Below, in pieces: positions 21,359-30,000 of a DNA stretch of 64,000 bases. The translations under genes were made by a program, and so were the position numbers. The DNA comes from an uncultured Succinivibrionaceae bacterium. GTDB lineage: Bacteria > Pseudomonadota > Gammaproteobacteria > Enterobacterales > Succinivibrionaceae. Each line of letters begins with the position of its first letter. The first letter of the stretch is position 1. The notes below the pieces were generated by a model. It did not search any database. It saw only the letters and a list, made by a program, of their open reading frames with translations, and was not told the origin of the DNA. The stretch spans positions 730 through 64,729 of the forward strand of contig CALXNU010000003.1 of assembly GCA_944389835.1 (NCBI GenBank), in the 5' to 3' direction.

Positions 21359-21820
21359 TTAAAAAGCTCCACGCATGTCATAGAGATTAAAGACCACTTG
21401 AGTGTCAAGCTCTAACTCTGTGACATATGCATCTGCTAATGGATACTGTCTTATAACTCGAGCACCCTGCACAATCGCATCGATCTTCGTGGTGACCGAG
21501 TCTGATCTTTCTTTAGTATCAATTAGCACTGTTGATCCTTTTATTCTTAAGCCGTAAAGCTGCTCGGCAAGCTCACGATAAGCCTCAATCTTTGAAGCTC
21601 TCATGGCTTGAATTTGTTTTTCAGTCTCAGAAGGACCCTTTTGACGACTTACCACTGCATAGCCTGAAGCACGTAAAATTGGAAATTCATCCGGCTCATT
21701 CACCCCAGTATCGGTGTAATACAAATTCTTACTTAAGGTAGTAGATGTCAAAAAATTGGTTCCACAACCTGCTACGCTTAAAGCTAAAAAAGCAAGCAGC
21801 GCTAAATTTAACTTTCGCAT
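21359..21820 (-). CDS. flgP: Flagellar lipoprotein FlgP (LPP20 family)
   Basis: 153 aa with lipobox LSVAGC. ILRASGYAVVS...IQAMRASKIEAYRELAEQLYG matches the LPP20/FlgP pattern. Confidence 0.8.
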   Translation of the reverse strand: MRKLNLALLAFLALSVAGCGTNFLTSTTLSKNLYYTDTGVNEPDEFPILRASGYAVVSRQKGPSETEKQIQAMRASKIEAYRELAEQLYGLRIKGSTVLIDTKERSDSVTTKIDAIVQGARVIRQYPLADAYVTELELDTQVVFNLYDMRGAF

Positions 21821-21828
21821 GTTCCCTC

Positions 21829-22773
21829 CTAAAGCAAGTTAATATCATCCATTCTTAAATATTGGCTTTGATCTACCACATCGCGAGATAGACGATTGCC
21901 TTGCAAGTAAGATCCCGCCTCATGAATCATTGGATCTTCATCATGAACATTGTCAGAATTGACATTGCCACGGGAGGCAACAGGTCTTACGACGTCACTT
22001 TTTTGAATATCAGAACCCGTTAAATTCTGATTTTTAGGAGCGACAGCAGTTGAAGTGGTGGTGAAATCTTGATATTTACCTTCACGGATCTCTTGTTGTA
22101 CTTTAGCCCGTGAGGCTTTTTCATCTACTTCACTTGGAGTCAAATATGCTTCAATATCCCCAAGAGAGCATTGTTTTTCCTTGGTTCTATAGCAATAAGG
22201 TAAAAGATCATATGGAATAAAACCGGTGGCTGTTGACTGCACAATGTGATTTTCCACATCTACAATTCTTGCAACTAAAACCACACCTTGCTCATTGCGT
22301 GAGATAGTTCCACTTAAGACATTGGAAATTGAGGCTTCTTGTAAGATCTGTCTATAATCACGCGAATAAATGTACTCACCATCTTGAGTGACTTGCATAC
22401 TGCCAGTTAACTTATACTCAAAAACCCCAATGCCGCGAGAGCTTAACTCGTGAGTGAACATTTCAGCCAAAACACGGCCTAAATGTCCTGCATTTTCATA
22501 GGTATCGGTATCGACAAAAGAGGTAATTGCAACGTCTGGCAAGACTAGATCATCAATATCTCTGCCACGTTTTAAATCAAGTAAATGACCTTGTTCTAAA
22601 GCCTTTCTGACATAAAGATGATGGTAAAGCTCATCTGCCATCTCATGAGAGACTTTACTTATTTCCATTCCTTGCAAGTTATAAACTTTGCCGTAAGGGG
22701 CAGGATCTGCCGCACAACCTGCAAGCGTCACCAAACTTGCTAAAATCAAGGTTTTCAGTACATTAATTCTCAT
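21829..22773 (-). CDS. flgO: FlgO family outer-membrane/flagellar lipoprotein
   Basis: 314 aa with lipobox LVTLAGC. The core VAITSFVDTD..GRVLAEMFTHELSSRGIGVFEYKLTG..LSGTISRNEQGVVLVARIVDVENHIV is FlgO-like. It has a C-terminal low-complexity extension. Confidence 0.8.
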   Translation of the reverse strand: MRINVLKTLILASLVTLAGCAADPAPYGKVYNLQGMEISKVSHEMADELYHHLYVRKALEQGHLLDLKRGRDIDDLVLPDVAITSFVDTDTYENAGHLGRVLAEMFTHELSSRGIGVFEYKLTGSMQVTQDGEYIYSRDYRQILQEASISNVLSGTISRNEQGVVLVARIVDVENHIVQSTATGFIPYDLLPYCYRTKEKQCSLGDIEAYLTPSEVDEKASRAKVQQEIREGKYQDFTTTSTAVAPKNQNLTGSDIQKSDVVRPVASRGNVNSDNVHDEDPMIHEAGSYLQGNRLSRDVVDQSQYLRMDDINLL

Positions 22774-22859
22774 CCTGAGCCTCTTTTGTTCTTATAATTT
22801 AGAAAAGAGCATAAAATTTTGGCACCTTTCTACTTTATTTCGCATATTGTCACGATTTT

Positions 22860-22875
22860 TGCAAGGTATGTGCCA
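22860..22875 (-). promoter_or_regulatory. Sigma54 promoter for flgO-flgP-flgN
   Basis: The minus strand reads cCTGGCACataccTTGCAaaa, a perfect TGGCAC-N5-TTGCA, about 85 nt upstream of the flgO ATG. Confidence 0.7.
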
Positions 22876-22897
22876 GGTTAAGCGTGGAGATGTAATT

Positions 22898-24079
22898 ATG
22901 TTCACTTTTTCGTCTTTTTTTAAACGGACTTTGTTTCTTCTAAGTTTAGGATTACTCATTCCTCTTTCAAGTGAGGCTGCCTGGTATGAGGCTTTTGGCC
23001 GCGCTGCGGTTTTGGACAATGATGTTGATGGGGCAAGAAAAGCTGCCGTCAATGATGCTGTGCGCAATACCTTACTTGAGGCAGGGGCTAATATTAAAGT
23101 CTATCAAAACTATGAAAACGGCACTTTATCTTCAGAGTCCATGGAGATTAACTCTGACTACCCAGTTAAAAAAGTAACCGTCCTTGAAGAGCAACGCACT
23201 TTAAATGCTGTACAAGTTCGGGTGCGCGTTTATATTGATGATGAAAATATCTCCCGTTGCACTATAGGAAAAGTTAAAAAATCAGTCCTACCGGTTACTT
23301 TCCGCTTTGAAGATAATTTAACCTATGGTGGTGCTCAAGGCCTTGAGAGTATGCCAATTGAATTATCCCATATGATTTTTGATCGTATCGGATCATCTGC
23401 GGCCATTCTCCTGCAACCTGAGCGTGAACTTAACTTCTTTCGCGACAACAACTCCTCTTTATCCTATGATGAAATAAGAAGTCTTGATGCCCTCTCACGC
23501 CAAGAAAATGTGCAATATGTTATTACAGGTACCATCCGCTCTCTTGCCGCCTCCGATGCAGGACCATCTCCTATTGATAAGCTTTTTTACTCCAAAACAA
23601 GACGCATTGATTTTGCAGTCTCCGTCTATGATGCCATGTCAGGTAGAGTAGTCTTAAGACGCCACTATGAGGGTGAAAGTGATTGGGACTACAAACAAGG
23701 CGATTATGTTGATATTAGATCTGAGCGCTTCTTATCCTCATCCTATGGTCAAAGATTACTTGAGCTTGCCTCCTTTGCCGCAGAAGATATTGTAACTTCC
23801 ATGCAATGCTTGGCACCAAGTGCCAGAGTTATTGATACTCGTGGCGATAGCATCTTAATTAGTGTTGGACAAAGCTCTGGAGTTAAAAAAGGCCAAGAGT
23901 TTTCTTTAACTCACTTCTCAGAGTATCCAGATCGTCAAGGCAAAATTTATCAAAGTGCTCAACCTTCAGGTGCTTTATATAAGGTAACTGATGTTTATTC
24001 ACACTCTGCGCGTTTAATGCCATCTGGTGGTAATCACTTATTAAATGTTTCAGCCGATGACATTGTGACCTTGCAATAG
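22898..24079 (+). CDS. flgT: Flagellar assembly protein FlgT (H-ring)
   Basis: Signal peptide then SEAAWYEAFGRAAVLDNDVDGARKAAVNDAVRNTLLEAG (FlgT N domain), and a C-terminal ..ARVIDTRGDSILISVGQSSGVKKGQEF.. domain. I chose the ATG at 22898 (GGAGA SD 7 nt upstream) over the track TTG at 22847, which would overlap the divergent promoter. Confidence 0.8.
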   Translation: MFTFSSFFKRTLFLLSLGLLIPLSSEAAWYEAFGRAAVLDNDVDGARKAAVNDAVRNTLLEAGANIKVYQNYENGTLSSESMEINSDYPVKKVTVLEEQRTLNAVQVRVRVYIDDENISRCTIGKVKKSVLPVTFRFEDNLTYGGAQGLESMPIELSHMIFDRIGSSAAILLQPERELNFFRDNNSSLSYDEIRSLDALSRQENVQYVITGTIRSLAASDAGPSPIDKLFYSKTRRIDFAVSVYDAMSGRVVLRRHYEGESDWDYKQGDYVDIRSERFLSSSYGQRLLELASFAAEDIVTSMQCLAPSARVIDTRGDSILISVGQSSGVKKGQEFSLTHFSEYPDRQGKIYQSAQPSGALYKVTDVYSHSARLMPSGGNHLLNVSADDIVTLQ

Positions 24080-24083
24080 CTTT

Positions 24084-24112
24084 TTGCAAAAAAGTAACAA
24101 AATTGCTATAAT
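24084..24112 (+). promoter_or_regulatory. Sigma70-type promoter for tRNA-Arg
   Basis: TTGCAA, a 17-nt spacer and TATAAT (24107-24112), about 30 nt upstream of the tRNA. Confidence 0.5.
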
Positions 24113-24142
24113 TTTTGACCGTCAGTTTAGCTGACGGTTAAG

Positions 24143-24217
24143 TCCCCATAGTTAAATGGATATAACAAGCCCCTCCTAAGGGCTAGTTGCAGGTTCGATT
24201 CCTGCTGGGGGCGCCAC
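24143..24217 (+). tRNA. argW: tRNA-Arg (anticodon CCU)
   Basis: I folded a 75-nt cloverleaf by hand. The acceptor stem is GTCCCCA/TGGGGGC, the D arm GTTA..TAAC, the anticodon stem AGCCC/GGGCT with loop CTCCTAA, and the T arm GCAGG-TTCGATT-CCTGC, with an encoded CCA. It is near-identical to my memory of E. coli argW. Confidence 0.93.
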
Positions 24218-24363
24218 TGTATAAACTGTGAAGAAAGAACTGTCCAAATAAAGTGCCTTATATAGATAAGGCAAGGTATCTAAAAAAGCATCTTAAAATT
24301 CCTAACAGTCTCAGCGAGCTAAAGGGTAAATAAGCTTGGTTTGTATATCAAGTGTTATAGGGG

Positions 24364-24987
24364 ATGAGACTTACTATGGACAAATCTAAAATTAAAAAAT
24401 CTTCAAAAGAAAAAGAACCAAATTATAAGTTTCTCTATGAGATCATAAATGATGACTGGCTTGCCAATATTGATTTTACTGAAAAACCTCAATACATCAA
24501 ATTGCCTAAGACGTCCATTAAACACTACATAAGTCGCACAGTAGCTTTAAATATTCACACCAGCAATTTTGGTGGAGATTGGCATTTTTTCGACACCTTT
24601 TTTTGGCCTGGCTATGAAAATGATTACGAAAAAATTAAAGATAAACTAAATTTTCTTTGCGGTGAGGGTGAAGAGTGCAATACAAATTCTATTTTAGGAA
24701 AAAAGGGAATTCTAGAAAGATCTGAGCTTGTAAAAAGTCAAGGTTTAACCTTTGAAGGGTCGAAGGTATACGTTGCCACGTATGCACGTGCTATTGCTGA
24801 TATGGTTTTGTTTTTTACTAAGCAAGGTATCCCAAGAAATATTACCCTTGATGAGTGGACACCAAGACAAAAAGAGCAAAAGATAATTTTAGAATATTTA
24901 AATATAGCCCTTAAAAGCGACAAAATTGACGCGGCTCAAAAAGCAAGGATCAAAGAATGGATCAAAACTCAAAAACCGATTTCTTAA
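24364..24987 (+). CDS. Hypothetical protein (ORFan, no recognisable family)
   Basis: 207-aa ORF with the SD-like AGGGGA immediately upstream. It has a K-rich N-terminus and W/F/Y-rich middle (GGDWHFFDTFFWPGYENDYE). I recognise no motif. Confidence 0.5.
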   Translation: MRLTMDKSKIKKSSKEKEPNYKFLYEIINDDWLANIDFTEKPQYIKLPKTSIKHYISRTVALNIHTSNFGGDWHFFDTFFWPGYENDYEKIKDKLNFLCGEGEECNTNSILGKKGILERSELVKSQGLTFEGSKVYVATYARAIADMVLFFTKQGIPRNITLDEWTPRQKEQKIILEYLNIALKSDKIDAAQKARIKEWIKTQKPIS

Positions 24988-25111
24988 AACGCCCTTTAAG
25001 AGTTATACTGACTCAAACAATAACAAAGGATTAATAGACTTATAGCAAAGCTTTTACTAAGCTTAAATCTTAACTTAAACTAAGTTTTGCAATCATATAG
25101 GGGATGACTTT

Positions 25112-26869
25112 TTGCAAGACTTTAAAAATTTGCTCAACAAACTGCCAATTGCTGACTCATCTTTTTTTAATCTGCGCATGAAAAATGCCATCTATGTTGA
25201 CAAGACAAAATTTGTCTACAATCTTGCAATAAACGATCAACCTCGTGTTCTTACTCGCCCGCGCCGTTTTGGCAAAAGCACTTTACTCTCTACCCTAAAA
25301 GAGCTTTTTTTACATGGTGTGAAACCTTTTATAGACCCCGATACAGGCAAACTTCACGAATCGTGTTTTAAAGGCCTTGCTATTGAAAATTTGTGGACTG
25401 ATCCTGAAGAATATCTCGTACTACAGCTTGATTTTCGTGATCTTAATGAACAATGCTCAAGCATAAAAGACTTTGAGCTTAACCTTCTGGATGAGCTTGA
25501 TGCTTTTGCCCAAGAACATCATCTTACTTTATGTAAAGAGGCACTAAGTCTTAATTCTAAATTCCAAGATCTTCTTTTAAAACTTCCAAAGCACAAGCTT
25601 GTGCTACTTATTGATGAGTATGATGCCCCATTTCTAGCCTGTCTAAATAATCAAGATAAGCTACAACAAACAACACTTTGGATGCAAAATTTTTATAGCG
25701 TCATTAAAAGTTCTCAAGAAAAATTTCGTTGTATTTTTGCAGTTGGGATTACACCACTGCAAAGTCTAAAGCTTAGTACTGCGGTAAGTAACTTCTCTGA
25801 CATTTCTTTTGACCACAATTTTGCCACCTGTTGCGGTTTCACACACCAAGAACTTAAGCAATATTTTAAGAACCATTTGCTTTTCGCTACAGCAAAAAAC
25901 TCTCACTGTACTCTAGATACTGTAACCTCTGAGCAAATTGAGCATTTTCTAGATGATCTAGCACTTTGGTATGACGGCTTTTGTTTTGATCAAAAACAAA
26001 GCAACAAAGTTTTTTCTACCTGGTCAGTTTTACGCTTTTTCAGTGATGAAGATGCGCTACTGCAACCATATTGGATGGCAGAAAGAAGCGTGTTAATGCC
26101 CTCTCTACTTAAAAATACTATTAAGCGCCTAAATTTACCTAAACTTTGGCCTACACTTGCATCAGGTGAGTTTAAATTAAGCTTTGCTGAATTTATGGAA
26201 GCAGGTTTATTTTCTCCACAAGAATCAAATCATTATGCTCTTTTTTACCAGACGGGATACTTAACTCTAACTCGTCCTTTTTTAAACGGCGGAAAAATCT
26301 CTTTAAGGCTTACTAATCAAGAAACCCGGATCGCTTTTGCTACCTTTTTAGCTGAGCGTTTGTACGCAACTTCTGACAACAATACCCCGCAACTTATGGG
26401 TCCTGATTATGCAGCAAAAGCACAACAGGTACTTGCAAGCTTAGATGCAAACAAGATTAAGCAACTTTTTAGCAGTCTTTTTGCAACTCTTCCATATCAG
26501 CACTATCCTGTCGTCAATGAGAGTATAGTTTCAGGGTTATTGGCTTTTTATTTAATAGGAGCAGGTTTAGCACCACACTGTGAGGTGAGTGAAAACTTGG
26601 GAAGAGCAGATGCTGAAGTTAACTTGCCTCAAAGCAATATTACTTTGGTTTTTGAGTACAAATACGAACAAAGCGCAGATCCTGCCATCTTAGATACCAA
26701 ACTTCAGGAGGCGATAGCTAAGATAAAGAGCCGTGATTATGGCAATCACGCAGGCAATTTAGCGAAAATTGCTCGCTTTGCCTTAGTGTTTTGCGGCAAT
26801 GAGAAAGTACGAAACATCGCGCGTCTTTCTTTAGTTGACGTGCTAAACAAAAATATCGTCAAAAATTAA
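25112..26869 (+). CDS. AAA-ATPase-like plus PD-(D/E)xK (PDDEXK_9-type) family protein, paralog 1
   Basis: 585 aa with a TTG start after the AGGGGA SD. The N-terminal RPRRFGKSTLLSTLKELF P-loop block and hhhhDEYD Walker B (LLIDEYD) are present. The C-terminal GRADAEVNL...LVFEYKY gives the D..ExK nuclease motif. Confidence 0.8.
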   Translation: MQDFKNLLNKLPIADSSFFNLRMKNAIYVDKTKFVYNLAINDQPRVLTRPRRFGKSTLLSTLKELFLHGVKPFIDPDTGKLHESCFKGLAIENLWTDPEEYLVLQLDFRDLNEQCSSIKDFELNLLDELDAFAQEHHLTLCKEALSLNSKFQDLLLKLPKHKLVLLIDEYDAPFLACLNNQDKLQQTTLWMQNFYSVIKSSQEKFRCIFAVGITPLQSLKLSTAVSNFSDISFDHNFATCCGFTHQELKQYFKNHLLFATAKNSHCTLDTVTSEQIEHFLDDLALWYDGFCFDQKQSNKVFSTWSVLRFFSDEDALLQPYWMAERSVLMPSLLKNTIKRLNLPKLWPTLASGEFKLSFAEFMEAGLFSPQESNHYALFYQTGYLTLTRPFLNGGKISLRLTNQETRIAFATFLAERLYATSDNNTPQLMGPDYAAKAQQVLASLDANKIKQLFSSLFATLPYQHYPVVNESIVSGLLAFYLIGAGLAPHCEVSENLGRADAEVNLPQSNITLVFEYKYEQSADPAILDTKLQEAIAKIKSRDYGNHAGNLAKIARFALVFCGNEKVRNIARLSLVDVLNKNIVKN

Positions 26870-27033
26870 AGATCTTTTCTTAAAGCATAAGCTTTAAAAT
26901 CGCGTCTTTTAGCCGAAAATAAAAGGTAAGATAAAGATCTTTTCCGCAATCCGTGCATGTTAAGTATCTTTTTTGTCCAAGCTTAAGCTACAATTAGCTT
27001 GGGTTGTGGTGTTTTTGGCAGAAAAAAATAAAA

Positions 27034-30000
27034 ATGAGTGAGATTAAGCTTCAAACTACTAATGATATTAAGTTAGATGAAAAGCGTCAGCAAGAGGCTC
27101 AAAAGAATGCCCCTGAAAGTGCACGCTTCAATCGTCATGCTACCTCATCTTTAATTGAGGTTCTCTCCTCGCAACAAGGCATGGTCAATGAATCCTTAAA
27201 TCGCACTTTAGGCAAGCTCAACACTGCCTTAGATCATCTTTTAAAAGGACAAAGTGATAACTTAGCCCAAGGTGAGGACGCTCAAAGCTTACAAAAGCTC
27301 TCTTATGATGTCATCTCTCGTGATGTTAAATTACAAGAGCGTGTAGCCCAAGCTTTATCATCGCCAAATCGCCTCATTAGATCACGTGACGCCCAAGACT
27401 CACTTAAAAACTCTTTTGATAATTTGCCAAAAGCCATCAAAGAAGACTCAACAGGCCCTCTTCTTTCCCGTGCCGTGCTTGAAAGTTTAGTCACTCTTGC
27501 AGATAAAGATGCCATTGGTGCAGGACTTGAGCGTGATTTGAGCTTAAAGAAAGTCTATATTAGTGACTCCCGCCCGCAAGGTCGTGCCACTTTAGCCTCA
27601 GGGCGAATTTTAAATGCATCTTTGGCCTATATTGAAAGCAATCAACCTAAAGTTTTAGCAACTTTGCAAGAGTCAAGTGAGGAAAATACTTCCCAGAAAG
27701 CTTCTACTCAAAACACGCAAAATCCTCAAGATGAAGATTTAAACCTTGAGCTTAAGCGCTCTAAGATGAGTACTGCGCAAGTTATGACGGAGTATTTAAA
27801 AAAGGCACTTGAGGAATTCCCTGAGGATTCAACCTATCTTGATATCTTCAAGAAAAATGCCCAAGGAATAGATGGCAAAGACAATCGCAATTCTCAAAGA
27901 ATTCGCGAAGTCATTTACAATGCCTCACAAATGGCTAAAACGCGCAATCTCTACCCAGGCGCTCCTGATCCTACAGTTGAAACTGCCGAGGAGTCTTTTG
28001 CGGTAAATGATGAGAATACTTTTAATAAAAATGCCTTAAATTTAAGTGCCGATCCTGATGCGCGCTCTTATATTGATGATCCTAAGGATAAAACTAATGT
28101 TGAAGGCTCACGCATGAGCTTAGCTGAGCTTTCAGCACGCGCTGCCAAACTTCAAATGCAATTTACGCGCGAAAGACAGCGCATGGTTCAAGAAGGACAA
28201 TTACCCGATCCTGCCACCATGCCCCCTATTGATGAGAGTATCCCGCAAGGTGATGGCTCACGCAATTATCATCAATCAACATTGCGCATTCCAAGAAGCT
28301 CTGTGGCAGCTTTAGCTCAAAATCCTTTAGTTCAGGCCTCCATGCCACCTAAAGCGCAAAATGATGTGACTCAATCCTTAGAGATTGAAGCCTCCAAACA
28401 AGAGCTTTTAAAAACCCAGGATGAGCTTTTAAAACTTAAAGCTGAGCTTGCCAAAGTTCAGGCTGAAGCCTTGCAATCTGCTAAAGAGACGGTAAATGCT
28501 CAACTTCAAACTCAAAAAGAGCTTAAAGCTCAAGCTGAGGCTTGGTATCAGCGCATTCAAGAGGCAGGTGCTATGGCCAAAAGCACTATTGATGCGCTAA
28601 AACAAGCGGCCAACTCAGCACTTAAAGTGACCGAGCACATCCCTCAAGAGACAAAAGCATCCCAAACTCTTGAGCCTTTCGTGCAAGCTCAAGTGTCAGA
28701 CGATCTTGCACTTAAAGAAAACCTAAGCAGCCCCTCTTTAAAGCTTCAAGCTAAAGAAGAGGCTCAAGTTCAGACAAGAGATCCTAAGCTTTACTCACAA
28801 GTAAATCTAAATCAAACTCAAGAGCCTTTAAAAAATCCTCAAGAAGGCTCTCAAGAGATTGTTTTTGAGCAAAAGCCACAAAGTGCTTACCTTAACTTAC
28901 AAGCTCAAAGTGACAGTGAAAATTTTGAGCTTAAAGCCCCTCAAGAGAGCATTACTCAAGAGCTTTTAGATAAGAGTCAGCAACAAAGTACCGTCTTTAC
29001 TCAAGATGGGGACGTATCTTATCCACAAGAGACTAATCTTGATCTTAAAGCTCCAACAGATAAGGCACAATTTGCCCCACAAAGTGCTACTTTAAATGAC
29101 AGTGCAGTAACTGAAAAAGCCCCCAAGGCTCCTGCAAATCCTACGGCACCTTTTGATGATCTTAATTTTGACAGCAGTGAAAACTCACTTGAAGAGCGTT
29201 TATATCGCTATGTAGGTCAAGCTAAGATCTCGGATACTGCAGATGAAATCAAAATTGATACTGCTTTAAAGCTTGATAGCAAAGAGCTTAATGAAAATAA
29301 GCCTGCCTTAGAGCAAGATGGTATAAAGCAAGTTTCAAACAAAGAGCTTACTTTAAGCTCTCAAGATGAGGCTTTAAAAGATGAATTTGAGGTTATAAAA
29401 GCTGATGAAACAAAGGCCTCAGACCAAGAAGCAAATATAGCTTATAAGAGTCAACGTGAGATTCAATCAAGCTTAGAGGAGCAAAAAGAGGATTTAAGCT
29501 TTAAAAACTTACAAGATAAAGCTCAAAGCTTTAAACAAAAGCTTGAGGAACCAAGACCTGTAAGTTTAGAAAAGAATGCAGTGGCAAGTGAAGCTAAAGA
29601 AATTGTAAAGCCTGAAGTTTCTGATGCTAAACCTCAAGCCCCTGCTCAAACTCAAGAGAGCAAAGCTCAAGTTGAAAATCAGCCTAAACAGCCTGAGACT
29701 TCAGCTCAAGAGCAAAAGCTTTACAGTGAAACTTTAAAAGAGCAAAAACTTAAAGCCCAAGAGATAGCAGAAAGTGCCAAGAAAGCATCTCAAGAGGCCT
29801 CAAAACAAGCCCTTGCAGATGAGGCTCAAGTAAAAGAGGAGAGTCTTCAAAATAAGGCTTATGATAAAGCTTTATTGCAAGCTCAAGAGGAAGCACAAAG
29901 TGTGGCTTTAAATCAGGCTCAAGTGCAAGATGAGCTTGTAAAGACCCAAGAGATACAAGTTCAAGATAAGCTCCAAACTCAAACTAAGCTTGAAAATAAA

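Noticed and set aside
22820-22835. Plus-strand TGGCAC-N5-TACTT considered as a sigma54 promoter for flgT.
   Set aside because: The -24 element is perfect, but the essential GC of the -12 element is missing (TACTT instead of TTGCW). Only the minus-strand site (22860-22875) is convincing.
22792-23067. A 91-aa minus-strand ORF, together with the TTG 22847 start of the flgT ORF.
   Set aside because: The minus-strand ORF overlaps the flgT coding region and the divergent promoter region, and its composition is basic and atypical. The ATG at 22898, with a GGAGA SD and a signal peptide, is the credible flgT start.
24218-26869. A classical integrative island or prophage at tRNA-Arg.
   Set aside because: No integrase, excisionase, phage or transposase ORF is present, and I saw no direct repeat of the tRNA 3' end by eye. 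It is kept only as a 'degraded or ancient island' hypothesis in the findings.
26895-26919. TAAA-N13-GCCGAAAA considered as a sigma28 (FliA) promoter for the giant-protein operon.
   Set aside because: The spacer is 13 nt rather than 15, and the -10 has a mismatch to GCCGATAA. This is too weak to call without transcript data.
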